This document shows positions 1 through 13,962 of a stretch of 64,000 bases of DNA, piece by piece (the first letter of the stretch is position 1; every line of letters starts with the position of its first letter). The stretch is from Octopus vulgaris (taxonomy: Eukaryota), in NCBI GenBank assembly GCA_951406725.2, contig OX597821.1, positions 30,442,001 through 30,506,000 of the forward strand, written 5' to 3'. The position numbers and the translations under genes were made by a program. Below the pieces are notes generated by a model. The model did not search any database. It was not told the DNA's origin and worked only from the letters and a program-made list of their open reading frames with translations.

Positions 1-479
1 AATAGAAAGTATTTTTGTGCAGTGTTCTAAAATCGGAACCCGGATAGAACGATGCTCTGCTAATATTCTACATGAAACATTAAAATATCTTCAATTAGAA
101 GTATTGTACCTCATCTAAATCTTTTCTTTCTAGGAAATATTACTCAGCTCTCCGTAAGATTCGGCACTGCCCAGAATGTCTCTTGAGATCACAATAGTAG
201 AAGTTGTTCTTGTTTCTGATGCGGGATCAAGGCCAGATAGTTCAAGCGAAGGGAAATAATAGATGCTGCCCGCACCAATACGTAACTTGTGCCATATTTT
301 ATTGAACGCGTTTTGTTGAATAGCAAAGTTGACCCTGGTTGGACTCGAAATCACAAGGTAATAACTGCAGGGTATGTAAGTTGTTGCTCTGCTGATTCTC
401 ATATTGAACAAACAATAAAAATAAGCATACGAAATTAGTTGCTGTTGTAACGGTAGGAGAAACCGAAAAACGATGTATA

Positions 480-1245
480 ATTAAAAACCAGAACTTAGAA
501 TTACTTAACTGGCAGGAGAATGTTTTGCATGGTAGATTTCCAAAGATAGTAGCAGAAATTAGGAATAGTGAGACATGTCAGAAGCAGCACAAGATCAGGC
601 ATTGAGGATTAACCAGGTAAAAATCAAGACAGACAAACATCAGGTAGATTCTCAAAATAGTTTGTATAACTCAAAGAAAGAAAATGTTACTCATATAGTT
701 AATGAATGTAGTATGCTGGCATAGAAAGAATAGACATGACAACCTAGGGAGAATAATCCACTGAGAATTATGTAGAAAGTAAGGACTCTAGTTAAATGCG
801 AGACAGTAAGAAATATAACATGTGGGATTTTAACATTCATGCTGACTGAGTAACTGAAGATAGAAAGCCTGATTTAGTAGTATACGAAGAGAATAGTAAG
901 TGCCATGTAGTTGACTTTACAGTCCCTTAAATGAGAAAGACAGTATCAGTCTTATAGAGAAAATTGCAAAGTACTAGGACCTAGCCATTGTGGTCCAGTG
1001 TTTATCGAAAGTGCACGTAAAACGTATTCCTGTAGTTATAGGTGCGTAAGGAACTATCCCTAAAGACATGAACATATGAATAGAGGAAATAGACATAAAG
1101 CTTAGTTTAGTACAGATACAGATATCTCTTATCAAGGACAGCTGGGATACTTAGGAGGGTGCATTGCGTATAAGTTTACTTGTTGTAGGACGACGTTAGG
1201 ACTTTTTCTTCCAAAATCTAATGTGTTGTGCGTAAAAGAAATAAT
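480..1245 (+). mobile_element. Decayed 3' part of R4/Dong-like non-LTR retrotransposon (zinc knuckle + restriction-like endonuclease)
   Basis: Stop-broken translation gives AAQDQALR, ENVTHIVNECSMLA*KE, WDFNIHAD*VTEDRKPDLVVYEENSKCHVVDFTVP and IPVVIGA*GTIPK. The (TAA)n tail resumes after the MITE at 1672. Confidence 0.8.
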
Positions 1246-1671
1246 GGATCTTTTCGGTTTGAACGGCAGTTTTTAACATAATTTCTAGGTAACTAAAAAA
1301 TTTTAAACTTCGTATACTGGTAGAATGTGTTTATAAAACATCTTTTTCTCTTGGCTTTATTAAGAAAATTATATAGTTTGTAAGATATTTATTTATTTTT
1401 TCTTCAATTTCTGCAATTTCAACCAATCAATGACATCAATTGAGGTAAAAAACATTCTGTGCCGTATGAATATGTCCCTCGTTTAAGAAACAGATTGGGT
1501 TTATTTACATTTGTGAAGAAAAAAAAATACTCTTCCCACCACCCCTAACCCTAACTAACCTTAACCCTAAAAGAGATTGAAATGCAATAGATCGAAACTA
1601 GGGTCATAACTATGGGTGACAATTTAATATGACACCGCTAGAAAAAACTGCCGTTCAAACCGAGAAGATCC
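1246..1671. mobile_element. MITE copy 1 (TIR GGATCTTTTCGGTTTGAACGGCAG, 8-bp TSD)
   Basis: TIRs at both ends; perfect TSD GAAATAAT; internal CCCTAA-like repeats at ~1543-1570. Confidence 0.9.
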
Positions 1672-1700
1672 GAAATAATAATAATAGCAATAATAGTAAC

Positions 1701-1748
<48 letters not shown>

Positions 1749-1750
1749 CA
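1672..1750. repeat. (TAA)n microsatellite / LINE tail
   Basis: Direct reading. Confidence 0.9.
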
Positions 1751-1759
1751 TTTCTGCTA

Positions 1760-2115
1760 TCTTTTACTTGTTTCACTCAGTAGACTGTAGCTATAATGGG
1801 GCACCACTTTCAAGAAATTTTAATCGATTGGATCGACCCTAGAATTTTCTTTAAAATTGATACTTATTCTATCAATATCTTTTGTTAAACTGATTTTTTA
1901 CAAGGACATAAACACACCAATACCGGCTATGAGGCGGTGGTGGTGGACAAACATAGACACAAAGACACACACACATATACGAGGGGCTTCTTTCAGTTAC
2001 AATCTACCAAAACCACTCGCAAGCCTTTGTTCCGCCTGAGATTGTACTAGAAGATATTTGCATGATGTCATTCAGTGGGACTGAACCTGGAACCATGTGG
2101 TTGTAAAGCAAATGT
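1760..2115 (-). mobile_element. SINE family B (tRNA-derived), diverged
   Basis: Collinear with the copies at 19756-20146 and 44496-44920. Confidence 0.8.
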
Positions 2116-2120
2116 CTAAG

Positions 2121-2307
2121 GAACAATTTTGAAGAGAGAGGAGCAGATGATTTCATCGACCCAGTGTTAACTATTACTTATTTCATACGATTCTGAAAGG
2201 GATTAAAGCAAAGACGACCTCGGTGGAACTCGAACTCAGAACGTAAATCAAAAGAAATGTAGCAAAACATTTTGTTCAGTGTCCTACTGTTTTTCCCAGC
2301 TCGCTGC
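2121..2307 (-). mobile_element. SINE family A (tRNA-derived), diverged
   Basis: Reverse complement of the GGCGAGCTGGCAG...GTTCTGAGTTCAAATTCCGCCGAGGTCG family. Confidence 0.75.
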
Positions 2308-3224
2308 AATAATGATAATCAGAACCCACTTATTTAACAGAAATGCGCGGAATGGGGAGTATTAATCAGATGGGAAGCAAAAACATTAGTTAAGCGATAA
2401 CGGAAATAAAGAAAACAAAACTTGTTCAATGAAACCGAGTAAAAGAGAGATTGTACAACTTTAATAAGTTTGACACGTACATTAAAGCCAAGTAGGGCAG
2501 CGCTAGAATCCCACTATACCACTTAGCACTAAGGGAAATGAGGTCGTCTTCCTGGAATGATATTATAAAAGAAAATTGAGATAACGAGTGCAACAAGATC
2601 AGTAATAATAATCGTGATAAATATGATTATAAAATTACAAACACAAATATTATTTTAATGATAATATTTTCTATAATATGTTAGAATTTCACTTTTATCT
2701 TTCGGTAACAATTCTCCGCCGGGATCTAACTATAATATCATAGTTGATGAATGTGAAAGGAAACAAACCGAAGTGTTAGTGAAAGAAAGACGTTCACACT
2801 ATAATTTAACCTCATGCTAATAATTAATTTTGTTAGCAAAGAGACGAAAATGCAATCCACAACTCAATAAATTAACAAATGAACGGAAAGGAAGTCCTCT
2901 AGTGCTCTAGAATATTTGTTTCCGTGTTATTGCTTTAGTAGTCTCCGAACGAAATGTGTTATACACGTACATAGACACATATCTTATTGAAATACTGGAA
3001 CACGTACTCACACATATACATATAAGTATCAATGCCGGTACATATATATATACGTACACACAAACACACACACACAAACACAAATACACACACACATAGG
3101 CAACATTAAATCTCTGAGCGAGTGTGTCATTAGGCAGCTTGAGGAGATGTCTTCCTGGGGCTAAAAACAACAGTAGCATCGTCCTCTATGGGACTGCCAC
3201 ATTTAGTTGGGAATTATATTTTAT

Positions 3225-3264
<40 letters not shown>

Positions 3265-3650
3265 TATATACAGGTATGTCATACTTTCCTTTTCTTGTTT
3301 TATTTAATCCTGAACGAAAATATATATAGAAAGAGAGAGAGAGGGGAGAGAGATAGAGAGAGGGAGAGAAATACATACACGCGTATATACACTCACTCAT
3401 TTAAATACACAGAATCCCACTCAGCCATGAAAAAGAAGGCTTATATATATTTGGGAATAAATACATGTATGTTATTCTGTACACTCTCGTGATGGTGACA
3501 TAAAATGACTTTGAAAAGCGGTGTACATATACTTTAACTAATATATACTTATATATTTAAAAGGGAATGATAAATATAGTCATACATAGATATATAGATA
3601 CAGACAAACTGAAAGGTTAAAAAGATAGACAAATATCGACACAAAAACAG

Positions 3651-4120
3651 GGATCTTTTCGGTTTGAACGGCAGTTTTTTTCTAGCGGTGTAATATGAAA
3701 TTGTCACCCATAATTATGACCCTAGTATCGATCTATTGCATTTCAATCACTTTTAGGGTTAGGGTTGGGGGGGGGGGTATCTTTTTTTTCTGCACAAATG
3801 TAAATAAGCCCAATCTGTTTCTTAAACGAGGGACATATTCATACGGCACAGAATGTGTTTTACCTCAATAGACGTCAGTGATTGGTTGAAATTGCAGAAA
3901 TTGAAGAAAAAAAAACAACAAACAAATCGGCCCCAGTAGTTATTTTTGTTTTTAAGTTTAGTACTCGTTCTACCAGTTTATCTTACAAACTATAGAATAT
4001 TCTCAATAAAGCCAAGAGAAAAATATGTTTTATAAACACATTCTACAAGTACACGAAGTTTAAAATTTTTTAGTTACCTAGACATTATGTTAAAATCTGT
4101 TGTTCAAACCGAAAAGATCC
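3651..4120. mobile_element. MITE copy 2 (opposite orientation, ~50-bp internal insertion)
   Basis: TIRs at both ends; degenerate 8-bp TSD AAAAACAG/AAGGACAG; TTAGGG repeats at ~3753-3767. Confidence 0.9.
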
Positions 4121-4990
4121 AAGGACAGTAGGGAAATGCAAAGTTCAACAACCCAAATGCAAATACCAAAAGAGACATCCAATGCATTGTACTAAGCATG
4201 CAACCTCAGCACAATGTTAGAAATTGTGTAAAAAAAGTACAACTGTTAAATAATTGAAATTTATATATAGCAGATATTCTTACATATCACCACATGATCT
4301 ATGTTTAATAAGTAAGGCTATTTTTTCTACTTCTTTTCAAGCAATTAAGTTATTTAAATAAGCATATAATTCTTAGATGTGGAATCCATTGTTCTTTGTT
4401 GGAGGTATAATTGGTTGAGAAAGATGAAGTAATGCGGTGGAAGATCTTTCACGACCCTGTAATTTTTTTATTATTGAATTATATATTTAAGAGAGAAATG
4501 ACATTGCAAATATCTATAAGTATTCGCTAGTTATTTTCGGTATTGTGATGTCGGACCGGTTTAAATTCAGGAAGTTTTTAATGTTGATAAAACCTAACTG
4601 AGCTCTGCATGAACTTTAAGTGCAAATATAAGAATAATACTACATTAGCAAGTACCATTCCCTTCTTTTAGTTTGAATATATTTTAATAGAATAAAGTTA
4701 GTTTGAAGTGTATTTACCCGAAGGTAAAAACTTTATTAAACAGATTTATAATCAAAATAATTCCTGCCGTGACCATCCCAACTTCCCAATAGGCACACTG
4801 CTGATTATCCATTGGTTATGTCGTAGGATGTAACCTAAAGGGTATCTGTGTTATTAACAGATAAACACGAGTATCCTTGGGGAAATTCCTTACATTCCGA
4901 GTTCACGTCACGTCAGGTAGTAACTTTTCTTTTTCTTTTTAGATGTAAATGAAATTATTTTAATTACTGGATATTTGAATTCAAATCTAC

Positions 4991-5111
4991 TTCTCAATAA
5001 AGCCAAGAGAAAAAGATGTTTTATAAACACATTCTACCAGTATACGAAGTTTAAAATTTTTTAGTTACCGACAAATTATGTTAAAATCTGCCGTTCAAAC
5101 CGAAAAGATCC
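4991..5111. mobile_element. MITE copy 3, one end only
   Basis: Matches 4001-4120 including the TIR. Confidence 0.85.
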
Positions 5112-5390
5112 CTTATATGCCCCATAATTAGGCTATTTTCCTTAGTCATTGAACGGTGATCGCTGTAAACAATTATTATTATTTACAGGATTGTGAAACA
5201 CGGCACCGTATGAAAAGGGATGTGGGTTCGAGTCTCATGTGGATAGGAAAACATTCCTTTTGCTGTCAAGGGCTTATATACCCCTATATTTGACTATTTT
5301 ACTTAGTCATTGCACGGTGATCGCTTTAAGCATATATGAAAATACCATTATTATTATTCACAGGCTTGTAAATTACAGCACCGTATAAAA
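5112..5390. repeat. Imperfect ~160-bp tandem duplication
   Basis: CTATTTT.CTTAGTCATTG.ACGGTGATCGCT...GCACCGTAT occurs twice; B-box-like GGGTTCGAGTCTC between the copies. Confidence 0.7.
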
Positions 5391-5899
5391 AAAAAGCATT
5401 CACACCGAAAGCATGTAGAAAGTTTGTTTACGTAAAACAAATATGAACTAATATAGTTTGTAAATTTGACAGAAATAGGAAAGGTAATTCACTGGTGTAA
5501 ATGTAACACAGTCGCAGAACGCAGAAAGAAATAACCAAATTTTCTAAAGCACTTCGACTACCAATGCTCCACAGTTATTTTGGTCAATTCCAGGTAGGAA
5601 TAAATGTATCAATGACATATAAGGTAATCTCAACCATCCTGTAATATATGGCATTGAATCATTAAATCGTATGAATGACATTATATTTTGTCATCCTGAC
5701 TTATTTTGAAGAATAACGTCTGTCATTCAGTATCATTTAAAACTTTATTTATTATACCTTTGATCAAACTGTTCCTGACACACCGATCCTATTATCTTCC
5801 ACAATGCATTCAAGATTATTTTAGTATTCAAATTGTATCCCACATTATTTCTTAAGATAGTACCTTGTGAACTATATTACTAGTCAATATTCTTTTATA

Positions 5900-6321
5900 C
5901 TCTAGGCACAAGGCCAACAATTTGGGGGGAGTGGGCCAGTCGATTAGAACGACCTCAGTACGCAACTGGTACTTAATTTATCCCGTCCTGAAAGGATGAA
6001 AGGCAAAATCGACCTCGGAGGAATTTGAACTCAGAACATTGACAGAGGAAATACTGTTAAGCATTTTCGCCCGTGGTACTAATGTTCCTTATTTCTTTAT
6101 TGCCCACAAGGGGCTAAACATAGAGGAGACAAACAAGGACAGACAAAGGGATTAAGTCGATTACATCGACCCCAGTGCGTAACTGGTACGTATTTAATCA
6201 AAACCGAAAGGATGAAAGGCAAAGTCGACTTCGGCGGAATTTGAACTCAGAACGTAACGGCAGACTAAATGCGGCTACGCATTTCGCCCGGCGTGCTAAC
6301 GTTTCTGCCAGCTCGCTGCCT
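5900..6321 (-). mobile_element. Two tandem SINE family A copies
   Basis: Two GAAAGGATGAAAGGCAAA.TCGAC...GAATTTGAACTCAGAAC units; head ends at GCCAGCTCGCTGCC. Confidence 0.85.
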
Positions 6322-6514
6322 TGTTACTTGTCAATATTAGTGATATTCTCCTTTCTGCTCTCAGTGACTAACAAGCGAACTACAAACTTATTTGTTTAAT
6401 ACTCCCCGTTCTGCGAATTAATGTCAAATAAATGGCTTGTAATTATTATCAATACAGCAAGCTGCATTTCTTCTGTCATTGCGTCCCGAGTTCAAATTTC
6501 GCAGATCCCGTCTT

Positions 6515-6925
6515 GGACCTCTTCGGTTTGACGGCAGTTTTTAACATAATTTCTAGGTAACTAAAAAATTTTAAACTTCGTATACTGGTAGAATGTTTTT
6601 ATAAAACATCTTTTCTCTTGACTTTATTGAGAATATTCTATAGTTTGTAAGATATATTTGTTGCTTTTTTTCTTCAATTTCTGCAATTTCAACCAATCAC
6701 TGACGTCTATTGAGGTAAAAAGCATCCTGTGCCGTATGAATATGTCCCTTGTTTAAGAAACCGATTGGGTTTATTTACATTTGTGAAGAAAAAAGATACC
6801 CTTCCCACACCTCTAACCCTAACTAACCCTAACCTTAAAAGAGATTGAAATGCAATAGATCGATTCTAGCGTCATAATTTCATATGACACCGCTATAAAA
6901 CCTGCCGTTCAAACTGAAAAGATCC
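6515..6925. mobile_element. MITE copy 4 nested in a SINE A copy (~6460-7030)
   Basis: TIRs; TSD CCCGTCTT/CTTGTCTT; SINE sequence continues on both sides. Confidence 0.85.
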
Positions 6926-9900
6926 CTTGTCTTTGCTTTACACCCTTTCAGAGTTGGATCAAATAAATAATAGTTGAACACTTGCGTCGATGAAATCGTC
7001 TGCTCCACTCTCTTCATAATTCTGCTTAAGAAATTTGCTTCCCAATCACATGGTCTCGAGGTCTACTAATTTATTTCATTAGCTTTAAGATGTTCAGCGA
7101 AATTCACAATGTCTGTTGGTGCTCTAGACATCAGCCAAGTCTTAGAACGTGCATGCAGTTGGTATTGAATTCTCTTATGGAAACCTCCTACATATAATCC
7201 GACGCTCATTGAACTTTGGTGTTTCCCGAGTCTCAGATTTACCCTTCGGACGGCAATATATAAGAAAAGGGTAATTTTTAAATACATATAATCATAGAAT
7301 GAAATAAGAGATCCTCTGTATTAATCAGAAACTTGGGCATTTCGCATCTACGCGTTGGATATTGATGTAGTCACGTGGACGTCGATATCCAAGCAAATTA
7401 GTTTTCCAGTGTCTTTCTCACTGGCTATACTGTATATGGCGGTCGTAATTCTAAAGAGGAGTTTCGGTATTTTACAGTAACAATATTCAACAGCATGTGA
7501 GACTTGAAACCGAATCGCACATTTGTATATTTCATTGCTAGGCATTAGATAAATTTCACCAAAGAAGTGTATTTTATTTCGTTTCGTTCTTTTACGGTTC
7601 GTATCCTTGATCTTCTCAAAGATATTTCCATTGCAGTGGTGCAATTCTATAGTTCTTTATTATTGTCTTGCTGATCGGACACTTAATTAGTGTCAGACAA
7701 ATTTCAGTAATACGGAGTAACCTCCATTTTATGAAACGACTGAATGAAAATGCGAAAGCTGTAACTATATGTCCCATATATCTGTCAGTGAATTAGCTAA
7801 TTATCTCAGTGAGTTGCACCAATTTTATTGTATCAACTCCCAGAAGTAAGAGAAACTAAATCGAGCTGGAGAAAACCCAATCTCACATCTGAAAGCTTCT
7901 GATTTCTGTAATGTTCTCATGAGCTAACGTCTAGCTATTGTATTTATTCTCCAGTGATGTGTTGAAAACTATCGATCTCAATAGATTTCGATGCGTCTTC
8001 TATCTTAATATCATATCTTTTTACTGACTTCCATCGCAGTGTTGAGCACATTACGAATTAAATACACAGTAACAACATGGTCAATCAACTTGCAAGAAAT
8101 AGTAGCAAAATCTCTCTCAAAATATAGCTGGTGGTGTCTGTTGAAAATGCAAAGCATTTTGGATAATGTAGTTCATAATTTAGGACAAAAAAGAATCAGG
8201 AAAATATAAGGTCACCGGTCTAGTTGAACATAGCTTACTTTAGGTTAAGCACCTTAAACAATAATATCTACAATGACGGGAACTGTGTAATATTGCCTCC
8301 TTTGCGTAAAATTACTGTATACCGAAGAGGTCAGACTGGTAAATTTATGATATCGAGTTGCACGATATCTTACGTAACAAGCTTCTGTAATACTATTGGG
8401 AGAACAGAAGCCTAGTGAATCAATTCTTGAAAACGTCGAAAGAACCTTGCATGGTATTTGCTTCTACAAGCGGTGCCAACTCTGCAGCATGAGCATAAAT
8501 TTGTCCATCCCCATCACAACATGTGGTCCAAATAAACTTTTATTTTGTAGAGAAAATATTCTAAGGTATAAATAAAACGCATATATAACAATTTTATGCG
8601 GGCGCACATATATAATGAAAACTGTTCAAGATATCTACATATGTCATATCATACATTGAAAATACAGATTTGAAACGCATCTAAATGTGTTTACATGATT
8701 TGGAAGTTCACAGTAAGACAAAATTAATACCTTTCTTTCCCACGCAGTTTTGACTCTATGAAAATCTTCAAAATATCATGTTAGCGTTGATATTATGTCT
8801 AACATTATTACGAGAAAGTTTTTATCAAATCCAAACATAATGCATTCCATTTTGGCCTACATTTATTTATAAATTGTAGCTCATTTCCGAGGCACGTTAT
8901 CATACAAATAAATATAGTTATTTTTGTTGAGCGAGAGTTGCGCATCTAACATTAATCGCTCACAGAGCTGTGAATTCGTCTTAGGAAAGCTATCGGCAAT
9001 TTGTCTAAATAGATACTTAAAATGTATCTCAAGTCAGAACTAATATCATGTATCTGTACACAAATTAACTACGTTAATTTTCCAAGCCTCATTGATTAAT
9101 TTATTGCCATATACTTTTGCAGACCCTTTGGAATTACTCATTTTGCAATTAACATTCGTAAGATAATATACTTATTTATCGCTTGAACATTTTCGATATA
9201 AACGTGGTATATATTTTCCCCATAGTGTATCTATCATAACAAACGAATTTTTTGGATATCAGTTTCTTTCAGAACTTTATATCTGTGCAATCATAAATCA
9301 GTTTAATGGTTCCATTGTTGTCTGGTTATGTTATGATATTTTTTATCATGTTTCAATTATATCATTGGAAATTGTAGAATATACTCCGAGAATTTAACAA
9401 CGGTTTTGTTTTTCCCATTTTAGGGGTGTATTCACTTCTTTTTCTAAGACCTTTTTGATATAACTTTCTTAAGAATATTGTTCTCTGAATCAAATATTCT
9501 GTAGAATTTCGGAACAAATCTAATTTCCTGTAGCTGTGATATTTGAAGAGATCGTATCTGTCTCTTGAAACACTATTTCAGAGTTCAGCTTGGAAGCTAC
9601 TTTTGAATTCAACTATTACTGACATAAGTGGTTAACGGTAAAATAAAAATAAAAATAAGAATTCTAGGTTACTACAATTAAAAACATAAATTTTACGTCA
9701 CGTCAATTAATTATCTATTCAGTAAATATAGTAAATTGTTTTGGAAAAATCATGTTTATTATATAGCATGTGAAAAGCAATTATAGTTAAGAATTGAAAT
9801 ATTTAAATGCCTTCTGAAATTTGTGGCAACATTTCATTGTAAAATTCTCAATAAAATTTAATAAATTAATTTAGAAGTAATGATATAATGAATTTCTTCG

Positions 9901-10255
9901 AGGTACGAAAAAAAAAATTGCTAATATTGTACGATGGTGCATAATTATAATGTCCCTTCTTTTAAATCCCAAGCTAATGTATCAGAAATTGCATTTTCTT
10001 CTATAATGAAATGAATGTGTATAATTATAAAATCTAGATTTCAAAATTGTAGCAGATGAACCTATATAATAATACTTACGGATCCCGTGTTATTATCTTA
10101 AACTGTTAGACTATATTTTTCTTTAGAGAATGATTTTCTAAAGGGCAGACATTTTTTATTTTACAATTGCACAAGGATTTATTCACTTGCATTTGGTACT
10201 ACTGGTTACAAGAATTCCTGCTAATCCTCTTCTCAGAATTATGTGTGTAGGTAAA

Positions 10256-10425
10256 ATTATTATTATTATTATTACTATTATTATCATTATTATTATTATC
10301 ATTATTATCATTATTATTATTATTCTATGTTTGACTTTTGCTTTATGTTTGTACAAGTTGGCTCCAAGTCTCACCAAGAGACCTCAAGAGACAACAGGTT
10401 GGAAGTTCTGTGACATATATTTGGG

Positions 10426-10479
<54 letters not shown>

Positions 10480-10480
10480 G

Positions 10481-10565
<85 letters not shown>
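10256..10565. repeat. (TTA)n/(TAG)n microsatellites
   Basis: Direct reading; source of the poly-I/poly-N ORFs. Confidence 0.9.
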
Positions 10566-11016
10566 AAACTAGGTTTTAAGTTAACTGCATTATCAGAGTC
10601 GGAATTTCTATTCCTTAAAGAACCGAAATCTCGTTCAGGAAAATTATCATTATAGTCAGTTTCACAATCCGTATTATTCATTTATTGTTATTCATTGATT
10701 TTGAGTTTAAATATTCCCTAATTCTCTTTTTATTGTGTAATGTTATAATAGCTGCAAAATTTGTAGTCGTTCAATATCAAAAACTTAATAATATGGTGAT
10801 TAAATAATTCCCTATATTTACTTAAAGGTGGAAGATGTATATTAGGTTTAGCAAAGAAATTTCGAGGATTATTGGTAGCTATTGAATATATGAAGGGTGC
10901 ATTATAACAAATAATATTTCTTGATTTATTTTTCTATTAATTATGTATATATTTCTCTTGATATTAACATTATTAATATTGGATATTTTCCTACCGTAAG
11001 TTTTTCTCTTAAGTTT

Positions 11017-11590
11017 ATAATTATTATTATCATTATCTCCACAATAATTATTATCATTATTGTCTCTTTACGACAGGTTTTGTTGTAACTCCTGGAGTCT
11101 TGAAAGCGTGGTGGGCTTAATACCTGCAGCATTTGATACAATGCTGTTTGTTCTTTTCAAATATCTAATGCTTTCCTGAATATTCTGGCCGTGCCAAGGA
11201 GGAAAACCTTTTGTAAGATTTTTACTGGACAGTCTATTTAATTTCCTTTACATTCCTCTTGATGCTTTCTGATACTGTTCCCAAGGAACCAACAATAATT
11301 GGCACAATCTTCACCATCTCCATGTTTCATAGCCGTGCTTGATATGGTTGTATCTGTTTCTCTTTCCAACTTCTTTCTTGAATATTCGTGGGTCAAAAAG
11401 GAATGAAACATCAACTACATAGCATATGTAATTCACCTTGTCCCCCACCGCTTCGTCCGATCTGTTATGCTCTAGCATCTGATCAGTTTGGATTGGAAAA
11501 TCCCAGAGGATTTGCTAGTCTTAGACTCTGCCACGCTTTTCGGATTTTGGTCATACTACGTCTTGCCTCTCTCTAGCTCCCACGTTTTGC
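11017..11590 (-). mobile_element. Decayed 3' end of R4/Dong-like non-LTR retrotransposon with (TAA)n tail
   Basis: Minus strand reads LWDFPIQTDQMLEHNRSD, PIIVGSLGTV and LQKVFLLGTARIFRKALDI*. Confidence 0.8.
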
Positions 11591-11594
11591 AGTT

Positions 11595-11635
<41 letters not shown>

Positions 11636-11637
11636 GC

Positions 11638-11830
11638 AGGCGGTGAGCGAGCAGAATCATTAGTACTACGGGCAAAATCCTTAAGCGACCTTTCGTCTGT
11701 CTTTGCGTTCTGAGTTCAAATTCCGATGAATTCGATTTTGCCTTTCATTCTTTCGGGGTCCATAAAATAAGTACCAGCTGAGAAGTGGAATCAATGTAAA
11801 TTTCTGGCCTTGTGCCTAGATTTGAAATGA
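11638..11830 (+). mobile_element. SINE family A
   Basis: GGCGGTGAGCGAGCAGAATC head; GTTCTGAGTTCAAATTCC B-box-like motif. Confidence 0.8.
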
Positions 11831-11976
11831 ATATTATTTTCCTTATTATTATTGTTTATACCAAGCGTGTATGAGGAAATTATAGTGGTTAGACTATACT
11901 GTTTGACATGTTCATCTTTAGGTTTTCACCAATCACGTTTGTATCATTATACTTCGTATATATATATATTTGTATG

Positions 11977-12031
<55 letters not shown>

Positions 12032-12047
12032 AAAGGCTTTAAAATAT

Positions 12048-12740
12048 TGACTTTATACATTTACTTTTTGATTACAGACTTACAGCCGTGCCTGATACAC
12101 ATTTTGAGTGTATTCATTGTTCAGATTATTTAATAGAACTATTGGTAAATTTTAGATATAGAAAACGCCCTTGAAAATGCTATCATCGTCGGCGTACAAC
12201 ACATCATCTACCAATGTAAATGAAGATAAGAGAGGAGAAACGGAATAAGAAAAGAGAAGAGGAAAAATAAGAAAAGATAAAAAAAAGAAGGGTGAAGGAA
12301 GGAATTCGGTCATTGTTGTAACTAAATATAACTAGATAATCTGTTACTAGCCACCAGCTCTTAGCTATTGTTGTCCCTTACCATAAGGGAACAGTATTAG
12401 ATTCCGGTATCAAAATTTAATACGTAACGATTGTGTTGCAGTTTTTTTCATTTTACCTTCAAAAGGTTTACTTTACGTTATTTTAATACGTTTTATTTTA
12501 TTCTAATTTATTTTTATTTTTATATTTTCATTTTATCTTTCTTCTTTTCTTCCTTTCTCGCTTCTTCTCTTCATTTACTTTGGTAGTTTATGAATTGAAG
12601 TCCGAATAGGATATCATTTGAAAAGGTGTTCTCGAAATTTTCAGTCGAAAGATCGAATGAGTAAAGTGTAGCACGAGAGGGACTAAAATGCATATCGAAA
12701 ACCTGTAAGTCATTAAGGAACAGATAAATGTATAAAACCC
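12048..12740. mobile_element. Old MITE/foldback element with ~200-bp degenerate inverted arms
   Basis: CTACCAATGTAAATGAAGATAAG (12208) matches the reverse complement of 12563-12585; TTTATACATTTA and GACTTAC are mirrored at 12705-12737. Confidence 0.6.
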
Positions 12741-12799
12741 ATTATTTATGCTTTTCTGTAATACGACTATGGATTTACAGTGTCGGCTGCTAACGGATG

Positions 12800-12938
12800 T
12801 TGGTTGCAGATATGGCCTTCAAATTACCTGGACTCCAATCACTAAACACCTTTGTTAACGTGGTCTATTTCTATCAGCAGAGAGTAATTAAGAACTATTT
12901 TTATCTAGACTACTAATCCCTTATCAATAACCTTGTGT

Positions 12939-12970
<32 letters not shown>

Positions 12971-13300
12971 CATGTATGAAGCTTGTACTTATAGCAGGCC
13001 AGAACGGAGATATAATTACATTTTGTAGTTTTTGGTAATGAAATTTTGGCACGAAGGAATGTGTAATACGGCATGTTAAGTGTGTTGAAGAGAACCAAAG
13101 AGCAACTGCGTCGAATGAACTAGCATAGCCCATATTATTTAGCTGAACATAACCCATCGAAGATTGAACTCAGTAGAGGAACTTGCTCTGTATAGATTGA
13201 AGATGTTGCATAAATCTATTCAAAGTTAAGGCGGTTTCGAATGGCCAGAGGTATCGTTTGATTTCTATACATTAGATAAAATGTATAATTAATTAATTAT
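12800..13300 (+). pseudogene. Possible Tc1-like transposase C-terminal remnant
   Basis: WPSNYLDSNH resembles WPxxSPDLNP; very decayed. Confidence 0.3.
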
Positions 13301-13850
13301 TTAACAAATCAATTAATTAATTAATTAATTTAGCCCTCAACCATTCTCATAAGACCCCGAATTATTCAAAGTTTCGAACAAATGTATTCAGCAGTGGAGG
13401 TTGGATACATAACATTACTTTTATAAAGTTTATGTATTCCCCATCGAGATAATTCAGTAGATGGATGTTACAGACAACTGTCATATCAAGTTATCATGTT
13501 TGATTTAATTCATCATCCCCGATGTAGACATTCTTCATCTCCGACAAGCGCAGGTGTCAATAAATTTAAATATATGCTAGCACAGTGAACATAGAGAAAA
13601 TGAATTAACTCTGTTAATTTTCTATAAACGAAAAATAGGGAGAAAATCATAGAATGGTTTTATTTACAATCTTAGAACTTTCTGTCTCTTAAGAGCAGGT
13701 CCCTAAAGTAGTGAACTGTGTGGTATTAACCTTATGATATTGATGCTATATTTTATTATCTGTGTCACAAACACAACGGAAAAGTTTAATAAAATTTCTG
13801 TCATCAGGAAGTTGTGACTGAATCCATAATTAGCACTATTACACTATGAA

Positions 13851-13962
13851 TATATAAACTATCAGATAATGAAAGGATTGTCTTACAAAATACGGAATAT
13901 TTTAACGCTGATATAAATTATCAGATAATAAAGGGATTTTCTTACAAAATACGGAATATTAT
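13851..13962. repeat. ~59-bp tandem duplication
   Basis: TATAAA.TATCAGATAAT.AA.GGATT.TCTTACAAAATACGGAATATT occurs twice. Confidence 0.85.

Noticed and set aside
130-411. 93-aa minus-strand ORF
   Set aside because: No recognisable domain or partner exons; a terminal exon cannot be excluded but is unsupported.
7066-7644. Two minus-strand ORFs in a slightly GC-richer patch
   Set aside because: No motifs or consistent splice structure.
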